Positions 7,703 to 15,428 of a stretch of DNA of 55,911 bases are shown here, piece by piece. The number at the start of each line of letters is the position of its first letter. The first letter of the stretch is position 1. Below the pieces are notes generated by a model. That model was not told the origin of the DNA, ran no database searches, and saw only the letters and a program-made list of their open reading frames with translations. The stretch is from the UHGV virus genome UHGV-1364082. One strand, 5' to 3'. Origin of the DNA: a virus. Position numbers and translations under genes: made by a program.

Positions 7703-8024
7703 ATGAGAGCAATGTTATCACAGCCTATGGCTGGAAAAACGGAAGAGGAAATCAGGGAAGCACGCGAACGAGCTATCTCTGTGCTTGAAGCCAAAGGCTA
7801 TGAAATCGTGAATACCCTGTTCACGGATGAATGGTATTCGCAAGAATCCATGAAAGAACGAGGCGTCGTCCAAATCCCTCTGTGTTTTTTTGGCGAAGTC
7901 TCTCGAAAACATGAGTCTGTGCCATGCCGCATTCTTCTGCAAAGGTTGGGAACGGGCCCGTGGATGCACGATCGAGCACGCGGCTGCAAAAGCGTATGGG
8001 CTTGAAATCCTGTACGAGGAATAA
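7703..8024 (+). pseudogene. DUF4406-like (nucleoside 2-deoxyribosyltransferase-like) gene that needs a +1 frameshift in a T7 run.
   Basis: N-terminus MRAMLSQPMAGKTEEEI...GYEIVN in frame 2. The conserved C-terminus ...FFCKGWERARGCTIEHAAAKAYGLEILYEE is in the +1 frame after TTTTTTT at 7885-7891. Confidence 0.5.
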
Positions 8025-8129
8025 ATGGGAAAGGCGGCTCACGTGGGTGTGGGTCGCCTTCTTCGTGTGGGTGGTCTGGATGGTGTGCAGGGGCGCGGCT
8101 GCATGAACAACACGCGGGGAATAAAAAAT

Positions 8130-8501
8130 ATGGATTTTAAGCAAAAGCTCTATATTATTTTATGTTTTCATACTTATAAATACTCATCTTATGTTGATAA
8201 TTTTATAAAAAAGTTAATCAGTGAGGGTGAGGTTCTAAATTATGATAGATATCGTGTTGAGATAAAGTGGCGCGGTAATCAATATGGCGTCTGGATAGAA
8301 AATTTTCCTTATAGTGATTTGAGTGATGTAAAACAGCGTGGCTATAACAATATTACCTTTTATAAAAATTTACGCCCATCACGATCTACACAGATAGCTT
8401 TCTGGGGATGGATGAATAAACAAGGTATATATCCGAATAAATATAATGAAGATATAACATATGAAAAGGTAAAGGCATTGCTGACCAAAACAAAACTATA
8501 G
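8130..8501 (+). CDS. Hypothetical protein on an AT-rich moron.
   Basis: Sharp GC drop relative to flanks. ATG at 8130. Lys/Tyr/Asn-rich. Confidence 0.5.
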   Translation: MDFKQKLYIILCFHTYKYSSYVDNFIKKLISEGEVLNYDRYRVEIKWRGNQYGVWIENFPYSDLSDVKQRGYNNITFYKNLRPSRSTQIAFWGWMNKQGIYPNKYNEDITYEKVKALLTKTKL

Positions 8502-8520
8502 CTTTAAGTGAGCTTGAAAA

Positions 8521-8868
8521 ATGCTGACTGAACGAGAAAGAAAGTGGCTGGGGAAGCGAAAAATTAGATGCAGCCGTTGCGTACATTATGAAGTCAGCGG
8601 CGTTGGAGGCATCTGCTTTTGGTGCGCCGATAGGGAGAAATTTGAAACGAGCGCGTACACACTTGCATCTGACTACCGCGACGCCGCCGAGTTCGAGGCG
8701 AGGGTATCACGATATATCGTTGAGAACGCATCAGAACTAGATTTTAGTTCTAATAACTGGCAGTTCTTTGATGGTTTCAAAGCCAAAAGCCTAGCGTGGT
8801 ACATCCTGCGGGAAGCGCGTATCGCCGTTGAAGTGGAGATGGAAAATGACAGCACAGGAATGGCTTGA
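8521..8868 (+). CDS. Hypothetical CxxC protein.
   Basis: CSRC...CFWC. Confidence 0.45.
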   Translation: MLTERERKWLGKRKIRCSRCVHYEVSGVGGICFWCADREKFETSAYTLASDYRDAAEFEARVSRYIVENASELDFSSNNWQFFDGFKAKSLAWYILREARIAVEVEMENDSTGMA

Positions 8869-9214
8869 CGAACTAGAACGGCTTAGGAAGGCGGCGACGC
8901 CGGGGCCGTGGAAGCATAACATTGAACCCCGTCGTGACGGTATGGGGTTTATCTGGCCTTTTTCCTCTATCGAAAGCGAAGATGCAAAAGCTATCGAGGA
9001 CGAAGAGGAAAACATCACGGATAGCATAACCAGCGCCGACGCCGCATACATCGTCGCCGCGTGCAACGCCGTGCCGAGGCTGGTGGAGATGGTGAAATAC
9101 TTATCAGAAGAGGCAAGTGGCGAAATTACTCTTTTGGGGCGTGGGCGTTGGATAGAAGTTACACCCCAAAATATGATTGAAAAAGCATACCAAGCTACGG
9201 AGCCGAAAGAATGA
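8846..9214 (+). CDS. Ead/Ea22-like protein.
   Basis: ATPGPW...ADAAYIVAACNAVPRLVEMVKYL. RBS GGAGATGG. Confidence 0.6.
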   Translation: MTAQEWLDELERLRKAATPGPWKHNIEPRRDGMGFIWPFSSIESEDAKAIEDEEENITDSITSADAAYIVAACNAVPRLVEMVKYLSEEASGEITLLGRGRWIEVTPQNMIEKAYQATEPKE

Positions 9215-9699
9215 ACATCACCACAGAAGAACTAGCCCGCATCCGTTCCGCCGCCATTGGCGACATGCTCGGAGACTCCAAGGAACTCGACGGAATGGGG
9301 TCAGCGACCACCATTTTCAGGCTGTGCCAAGAACTGGAACTATCGCGGAAACACGCCGTCACCATGTCAGAAGTAGCAGCCGCAGCGTGGGGCGGGGAAA
9401 TCCCGTCACCGTTGCCCGGTCATACTCACATGACCGAAGAAGGTTTTACCGAAAGATATAACTGCCCTTGGTGTGGCGGTTCTGGTCACATCGACGATTG
9501 CGATGAAGCAGACAAACAGGTCAAGGCTCAACTGGAACGGCTGGATCAGGAGGCGGATTGGCTGGCGACAAAGCTCAATGAGATAGCCAGCCCATGCAGA
9601 ACCCTACATCCTTGTGAAGGAAGTCCATCTTGCAACTATCCCGACGGAGAACCACGTTGTTGGCGCGACGTGGCACACAAAGCTGTGGAGAAAATATGA
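9211..9699 (+). CDS. Hypothetical zinc-ribbon protein.
   Basis: CPWCGGSGHIDDCDE. Confidence 0.45.
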   Translation: MNITTEELARIRSAAIGDMLGDSKELDGMGSATTIFRLCQELELSRKHAVTMSEVAAAAWGGEIPSPLPGHTHMTEEGFTERYNCPWCGGSGHIDDCDEADKQVKAQLERLDQEADWLATKLNEIASPCRTLHPCEGSPSCNYPDGEPRCWRDVAHKAVEKI

Positions 9700-10046
9700 C
9701 TCTAACAAAAGAAGAGCGCGACCAGTGGCGCGAAAGACTGTTATCCTCATATACATGTTTCGATGCAGAACACGCGACTTTCACCATCCGGCTACTTAAT
9801 GCGCTGAACCAAGCCGAGGAAGAAATAGCACGGCTGGAGCAAGAAGTATTTTTCTGGCGTGAAGAGACTAAAGACGTGCGAGAAGTCTTCACCAGACAGC
9901 TAGGCTATAAAGACGCAGAGATAGCACGGTTTGAGAGAGAGTTGCACTGGCTGGCGACTATAGCGTTTGACGGGACGGCGGGGATTTATGACAGTCCAGA
10001 AAGGCTCATGGAAGCCGCACGCGAGGCCGTGGAGGAAGGGAGATGA
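9696..10046 (+). CDS. Hypothetical protein.
   Basis: ATG at 9696. Coiled coil. Confidence 0.4.
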   Translation: MTLTKEERDQWRERLLSSYTCFDAEHATFTIRLLNALNQAEEEIARLEQEVFFWREETKDVREVFTRQLGYKDAEIARFERELHWLATIAFDGTAGIYDSPERLMEAAREAVEEGR

Positions 10047-10360
10047 ACACCACAGTACAAAAAGCAATTAACGATGGGATGGAAGCAACTGGGATAACAC
10101 AAACTGAACTAGCCATTGTTTTACGCAGCAGAGCGCGTGCTTCCGAGATTATTAATGGGAAAAGGGATCTAAGGAGGACTGAACTGCTTGTACTTTCATA
10201 TCTGCTTCATATCCCGCTTGAAACGCTGATGCCTCCTCTTAGTGAAGAGGATAAGCTGCATATCGACTCGCTCATTGCTTGGGAGAGAAAACTTCAAGAG
10301 ACAAGATATATAAAAAAAAGAACTTCTAAACGGAGTAAAAAAGCATGTCCGAAGAACTGA
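10043..10360 (+). CDS. HTH (XRE/HigA-like) DNA-binding protein.
   Basis: GITQTELAIVLRSRARASEIINGKRDL. Confidence 0.6.
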   Translation: MNTTVQKAINDGMEATGITQTELAIVLRSRARASEIINGKRDLRRTELLVLSYLLHIPLETLMPPLSEEDKLHIDSLIAWERKLQETRYIKKRTSKRSKKACPKN

Positions 10361-10686
10361 CGTTGCTACCGTGCCCACTGTGTCAAGCAAGAGCACACGT
10401 TGAATGCCACAATGGAAAGTTCCGTGTGATATGTAAAGGCGAATCAGGATGTCCATTCAGAATGGGCGGAAAGAGGTTTGTTTTTCCCGATGAGTGCTAT
10501 GACTGGTGGAACGCCTTACCCCGAACACTGGAGTGGACGGACGAGCCGCCGAAGGTGCCGGGATGGTACTGGTATAAAACATCTTCACACCTTGGGATTA
10601 CGAAGTTCCCCGAATTATGCGACAGAACAAGAGAGGGCTGGCAATGGGCAGGCCCCATCCCAGAGCCTGTCGAGCCGAAGGAGTAA
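10345..10686 (+). CDS. Lar-like zinc ribbon fused to a DUF551-like domain.
   Basis: LLPCPLCQARAHVEC...VICKGESGCPF, and a C-terminal ...GWQWAGPIPEPVEP. Confidence 0.5.
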   Translation: MSEELTLLPCPLCQARAHVECHNGKFRVICKGESGCPFRMGGKRFVFPDECYDWWNALPRTLEWTDEPPKVPGWYWYKTSSHLGITKFPELCDRTREGWQWAGPIPEPVEPKE

Positions 10687-10706
10687 CCGTGGCAGTAGCA
10701 GAAGTA

Positions 10707-10904
10707 ATGCTCATCGTGACCGTGATCGTCTCCCCTCTCGCCATTGAGGGGCAATCCGCAAGGCACTCGGAGTACACCCGAGAGTATCCGCAGATGGGTA
10801 TATACCAGTGTACAGAACAGGCCGAGCAGATAATGGCACAACACGGGATAAACCATACGGTAGTTGCCGTATGCGTCCCCGCCGACAAGCACGAACAGAA
10901 GTAG
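10707..10904 (+). CDS. Small membrane protein.
   Basis: ATG at 10707. N-terminal TM helix. Followed by a terminator. Confidence 0.35.
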   Translation: MLIVTVIVSPLAIEGQSARHSEYTREYPQMGIYQCTEQAEQIMAQHGINHTVVAVCVPADKHEQK

Positions 10905-10930
10905 CCCCGAAAGGGGCTTTTCTTTTTCAG
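10902..10930 (+). terminator. Rho-independent terminator.
   Basis: AGCCCCGAAAGGGGCT followed by TTTCTTTTT. Confidence 0.6.
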
Positions 10931-10939
10931 GAGGATCAC

Positions 10940-11434
10940 ATGCGAAGACCCATCAATCCCGTAATCCCGTACCCGCACGAGGCCATCCAGCACACCCGCT
11001 GTGTTCTGGCCTTGTCCATGATCACCGTGGCGATTTCTTTCTTGAAGCCGGAAACGCTGGCCCTGCTTGGCGACCTCGGAAAGCAGGTCGAAAAGGTCAA
11101 CCGCTGGATCGACCGATGTGCGGACGACACGCAGAAGCGCAGGCTCTCCGCAGGCGCGAAGCGAGATCTGGATACCCGGTTCCATATCCTTGCAGGGCAT
11201 GTCGGGGACATTCAGGCGGCTTCCGGCGACGCTTCCCGCTGGACACAATGGGCCGCCGGGATGTGGGCCGGACTGACCTTCCTTGAGGACTGCCGGAACA
11301 CCTGCCCCGCCTACTTCCGGGGCCTTCACTGGCACAACCTGCTCAAAACGCTGACCACGCTGTGTAATGCGCTCGAAAAGGTCGACCCGAAAATAGCCGA
11401 GATCGGGACGCGGGTGTACGAGCGGGCCGCGTAG
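10940..11434 (+). CDS. Hypothetical protein.
   Basis: ATG with CAGGAGGATCAC RBS. Confidence 0.5.
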   Translation: MRRPINPVIPYPHEAIQHTRCVLALSMITVAISFLKPETLALLGDLGKQVEKVNRWIDRCADDTQKRRLSAGAKRDLDTRFHILAGHVGDIQAASGDASRWTQWAAGMWAGLTFLEDCRNTCPAYFRGLHWHNLLKTLTTLCNALEKVDPKIAEIGTRVYERAA

Positions 11435-11457
11435 AAACTGCAACAAAAGGAGAACCT

Positions 11458-12252
11458 ATGAATATCGAAATCGCATTGAATAATATCAACGGAAAGGACG
11501 TTCCCGCCGTGACCTCGTTGCAGGTGGCGGAGGCATTTGGGAAGGAACATTTCAACGTGTTGCGGGACATTGAGACTATCTTGTTGCAAGTACCTGAAAA
11601 CTTCCGAAAACTCAATTTTGAAGTTTCGGAGTACACAATTCAGAATCCCTTGACAGGAGGCGAACTTCCGAAGCCCATGTATCTGCTTACCAAGGACGCC
11701 TTCACGCTCTTGACTATGGGCTACACAGGCGAAAAGGCTATGGCCTTCAAAGTTGCCTACATCGCCCGGTTCAACGAGATGGAAAAGGCCCTCCAAGCAA
11801 ACGCCCCAACCTCTCTCCCAGAGGCATTACGCGCATATGCCAACATGCTTGAAGAGAATGAGCTTATCCGCCGCCAACGGGACGAGGCCATCCGCACCAA
11901 AGCATGGATCAGCGACAAAAAGACAGCCACCGCGATGGCCACCGCTTCCGTCGCCGTCCGCAAGGTCAACGCTCTTGAAGACGAACTTGGACGCGGGAAG
12001 CGCTACAAGTCCGTAAAGGCCATTCCGTGGTTGCTGACAGAATTCGTTGAAAGCAAGGGGATGTATTCAGTCGTCGGGAAAGCCCTCAAGCGCATGTCTA
12101 CCGATCTTGGTTACTCCATAGAGAAAATCGCCACCCCAGAATACCCGGAAGGTATCAACGCCTACCATGTGGACGTGATTTCCGCATTCCGGTGCGAGCT
12201 CGCTCAGAACCCCGGTATGCTCGACAGATACAGAAAAAGGCGGGCCGCGTAG
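11458..12252 (+). CDS. rha: Rha-family phage regulatory protein / antirepressor.
   Basis: VTSLQVAEAFGKEHFNVLRDIE...YLLTKDAFTLLTMGYTGEKAMAFKVAYIARFNEME. Confidence 0.75.
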   Translation: MNIEIALNNINGKDVPAVTSLQVAEAFGKEHFNVLRDIETILLQVPENFRKLNFEVSEYTIQNPLTGGELPKPMYLLTKDAFTLLTMGYTGEKAMAFKVAYIARFNEMEKALQANAPTSLPEALRAYANMLEENELIRRQRDEAIRTKAWISDKKTATAMATASVAVRKVNALEDELGRGKRYKSVKAIPWLLTEFVESKGMYSVVGKALKRMSTDLGYSIEKIATPEYPEGINAYHVDVISAFRCELAQNPGMLDRYRKRRAA

Positions 12253-12262
12253 GGGGGGAGAT

Positions 12263-12475
12263 ATGGACACAACTGTTTCAGAAATCCGTTCAATCGTTCT
12301 ACGGCGTAGGGAATTGGCTCTTGAAGATGAACGCCTCTTTCAACGGTTTCTCGAACTGCTCGAACTCAACCAAGGGGCTAGAAAATCATCTCGTGATACG
12401 CTATCCCCCAAAGCAGGGAAGGCGTTTTTTGCTGACGTGAAAAGGAAATCCCATGAGCGTAGCAAAGCGCGGTGA
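12263..12475 (+). CDS. Small protein upstream of the integrase; possible excisionase or directionality factor.
   Basis: Position only. Overlaps the integrase start. Confidence 0.3.
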   Translation: MDTTVSEIRSIVLRRRELALEDERLFQRFLELLELNQGARKSSRDTLSPKAGKAFFADVKRKSHERSKAR

Positions 12476-13511
12476 CGGCAGATTTGTCGTCAAGTTCAAG
12501 GATGAGGAGGGGCGCTGGAGACAGCGCTCTTTCCGTAGTGAGGAAAAGGCTTGGCAGTTCGATGCGGATTGCCAGTATGATGCGGTGGAAAACACACGGT
12601 TGACGTTGTTGGAGGCGGTTCTGGTGTACCTAAAAAATACCGAACACGCCGAGAACACCGTAGGAATTTATGAGTTCATTGTGTGCGGGCATGATCGAAA
12701 GAATGGGGAACACAGAGAGGGTCCAGCGGAGTTCCTTGCAAACAGATTCGTGGATACATTGACTCGTCGTGACCTCGAAACTGTACGTGAACGGTGCAGG
12801 AATGACGGCCTCTCAACAGCGAGTATCAATATCTATGTCGGAAAGATCAAAGCTGCACTCAGTTGGTGCGTTGAACAAGACTTACTCCATGAAAACCCTT
12901 GGGGTAAATATCGGCAACTCCCCGGAGCAAAAAACAAGCCACGTACAGGAACACTGGAAGACTTCCGCAAACTCTTTCCAGTGCTCCCCCCGTGGCTTCA
13001 ATGGGCAGCTAAAACTGCCATTGCCTTATGTTTGCGTCCCGGCGTGTCCGAACTGTTTCGATTAGAATGGTCGGCATTCGATTGGAAGAGTAGAGCCGTG
13101 AACGTTTACATGCCGAAGGTAGATAGCACCAAAATAGTATTCCCACCAGAGGAATATCTTCAAGAGGCATGGGTACGCTACCAAGATGATGCTCAAAATG
13201 GTCAAAGTTTGGTTTGCAGAAGCAGAAAGGGGGGCAACGTGAATAGAGGGCTTTATCAAACTGCATGGAGAAGAGCTTGCAGAAAAGCTAAAGTTTCCAT
13301 GTCGATGTATGCCCTGAGACATATCGCTGCATCCGAAATGCTTTCAAGAGGTGTGGATATTGCCGCAATAGCTGCACAGCTTGGACATAAAGATATTACC
13401 ACCACAGGCAGTTTTTACACACACGCTCTCGCATCTTCCCAACGTCGAGCAGCGTCAGCTCTTTCTGCTTGCACCACGTTGGTGCAGATTGGTGCGGAAA
13501 ACGGTATCTAA
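12453..13511 (+). CDS. int: Tyrosine site-specific integrase.
   Basis: C-terminal ...ALRHIAASEMLSRGVDIAAIAAQLGHKDITTTGSFYTHA (R..H..R..Y catalytic box). Confidence 0.9.
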   Translation: MSVAKRGDGRFVVKFKDEEGRWRQRSFRSEEKAWQFDADCQYDAVENTRLTLLEAVLVYLKNTEHAENTVGIYEFIVCGHDRKNGEHREGPAEFLANRFVDTLTRRDLETVRERCRNDGLSTASINIYVGKIKAALSWCVEQDLLHENPWGKYRQLPGAKNKPRTGTLEDFRKLFPVLPPWLQWAAKTAIALCLRPGVSELFRLEWSAFDWKSRAVNVYMPKVDSTKIVFPPEEYLQEAWVRYQDDAQNGQSLVCRSRKGGNVNRGLYQTAWRRACRKAKVSMSMYALRHIAASEMLSRGVDIAAIAAQLGHKDITTTGSFYTHALASSQRRAASALSACTTLVQIGAENGI

Positions 13512-13730
13512 AACAAATATTATCAATAAATTACACAAAAAACTTGCTTTTTCCTGAAAAAGGCATATACACAATTTATTTCAATAAGTAACAAATATCC
13601 TGCACCAAACAGCTTGGTGCAAACAGCAAAAAGCGTCTTCCCAACGCGCTAAAAAAGGTGCCTTAATATGTTGTGTGGATACTTCGATCCCCCTCTCGGT
13701 TCGCGCCGGGAGGGGGATTTTTTTGTGTCT
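13512..13730. other. Candidate attP region.
   Basis: AT-rich ORF-free DNA right after the integrase. Palindrome TGCACCAA-acagc-TTGGTGCA. Hairpin CCCCCTC...GAGGGGG followed by TTTTTTT (terminator). Confidence 0.4.
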
Positions 13731-14015
13731 TCAATCCGACTTTTTCGCCACGAATCGGATCTCATCTCGGTGCTCAGGCAACCATCTGCACTTGTGCAAG
13801 CACCACCACGGCGTGATGATAAACCGACCATCCGCTTTCGCCTTTCTATCGGGATGAGCACCGGACAAATCACAATTAAGCGAGCAGAGCATCAAAGCCT
13901 GATTACGTTCACCGTGTGGACAGCGAAACTTTTCCTCTTCCTCTGGCATGGGTAGCGGCATGACCTTCCTCCTTGTTTCTAAAGAGTCTAGCCATGCCTA
14001 TAATTTTTGCAACGG

Positions 14016-14546
14016 CTATGGTTCCACGGGCCACGGGCACGCCGGGTCATCCGGTCCTTGCCACGGAAAGCCAAGCTGTTGCGGCAAGTCACGCAGGGAT
14101 TGGCGGTATTTCAACCACGCTTGATACTCGGCATCAGTGAGTGTCGTTACCTCTCCGCTGGAAAGCTGATCGCGGTGACGCTCGACAATCCAAGCACAGT
14201 CAGAAAGACGACGGTCACGCTCGGTTCGGATGCGAGAGGGTGCTGTAGAGACTGGTTCCCATTCGCCGCTTTCTTTCGCAATCCATGTTTTTATTACTGT
14301 ACCATCATCACCGTAGGTATCACTGGGACGGGGTCCAGACATCGTGACCCATCTCATAGGGCATTCACCACCAATCTGTTGTTCAGATGTGCCGGGATTG
14401 CCGTAGACAGTAGGAAGGGCATCGACACGATATAGTCCACCGTCAGGGTAGCGTATGACATCGCACGGGCACGGTTCGGATCCGTGGAATTCATGATCTG
14501 CAAAGGCTAAAATATTTCCATCATTATCTTTTACAATATATTTCAT
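14016..14546 (-). CDS. tfa: Tail fibre assembly protein (Tfa/gpU family chaperone).
   Basis: C-terminal ...TLTDAEYQAWLKYRQSLRDLPQQ...WPVEP. Confidence 0.7.
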   Translation of the reverse strand: MKYIVKDNDGNILAFADHEFHGSEPCPCDVIRYPDGGLYRVDALPTVYGNPGTSEQQIGGECPMRWVTMSGPRPSDTYGDDGTVIKTWIAKESGEWEPVSTAPSRIRTERDRRLSDCAWIVERHRDQLSSGEVTTLTDAEYQAWLKYRQSLRDLPQQLGFPWQGPDDPACPWPVEP

Positions 14547-15418
14547 GAGCCAGCTCCCTCTGCATAGTAAAACCTAGCTATGATAGCATTGTCTACAGAT
14601 GCGGCAGTTCCATACGCCGCATATGATATTTTTTCTCCAGATTTAACTTGAAAAACTAAATTTCCAGTTACCCCTGTATTCTCCAAAGAATTTGTGATCG
14701 GAATATTTTGTGCAAATATATTCGTATCGGTTTTTCTCTCACAGTAAACACGACCATTTGTTGTTGATATAAGTCGTATAAAAATAAAACCATCCGCCAC
14801 AGCTGTGTATTCTAAAATGGTGTTTAATTGTAAATTGATAGATATATATCTATCACTCGGCATCGCTGCATGTGCGGCCATAGCAGGGATATCATCATAT
14901 ACTGCCTTTATAGCTTTCGATGACGCCGCCGTCGTCGAGCTATTCAAGTTCACGCTGTCCGAAATTTTTACAGCCGCAGGAAGTTCTTGCCAATATGTAA
15001 TACTTTCAGTGCTGACGAGCTTCAATCTAAGAGAGTAAGACATTCCGAGGACAAGATCTTCGCCGCGTATCGTCCGAATTCCTGAAAAAGCGGTGCTGTT
15101 TTTTATGGTTACTACACGCGATGAATCTGCGCTAATCAGCTCAATTTCCATTCCATCATGAAGATCGCCCGGATTAATCGCCGTAAGATCGTCAGCGGGG
15201 GCTCCCCCCTCCGTATCAACAATAACGAAGGCTGCGGACGGACTGATCGCTCCATCTTGGATTGCAATCTTTTGCATAGGCAGAGCACCGGGGAGATGTC
15301 TGATGTCGTCTTGATTAGTCCGCCACTTTTGAACATCGGTCACTCGTGTCGCGTTGGGACTAGATCTATCCGTGACATAGAGATCGTCTTTCCCGTACAT
15401 CAATCTTTGTCTTGCCAT
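14543..15418 (-). CDS. Tail fibre protein.
   Basis: NSSTTAASSKAIKAVYD motif. The distal C-terminal part is AT-rich (mosaic). ATG with AAAGGAG RBS. Confidence 0.7.
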   Translation of the reverse strand: MARQRLMYGKDDLYVTDRSSPNATRVTDVQKWRTNQDDIRHLPGALPMQKIAIQDGAISPSAAFVIVDTEGGAPADDLTAINPGDLHDGMEIELISADSSRVVTIKNSTAFSGIRTIRGEDLVLGMSYSLRLKLVSTESITYWQELPAAVKISDSVNLNSSTTAASSKAIKAVYDDIPAMAAHAAMPSDRYISINLQLNTILEYTAVADGFIFIRLISTTNGRVYCERKTDTNIFAQNIPITNSLENTGVTGNLVFQVKSGEKISYAAYGTAASVDNAIIARFYYAEGAGS

Positions 15419-15428
15419 AATATCTCCT

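Noticed and set aside
10598-11446. 282-aa minus-strand ORF.
   Set aside because: It is antisense to two plus-strand genes that have RBSs and a terminator, and its composition is Gly/Pro/Arg junk.
13668-13961. Overlapping small ORFs in both orientations in the attP-like region.
   Set aside because: They have no RBS and mutually exclusive frames. The region is more plausibly regulatory or attP.
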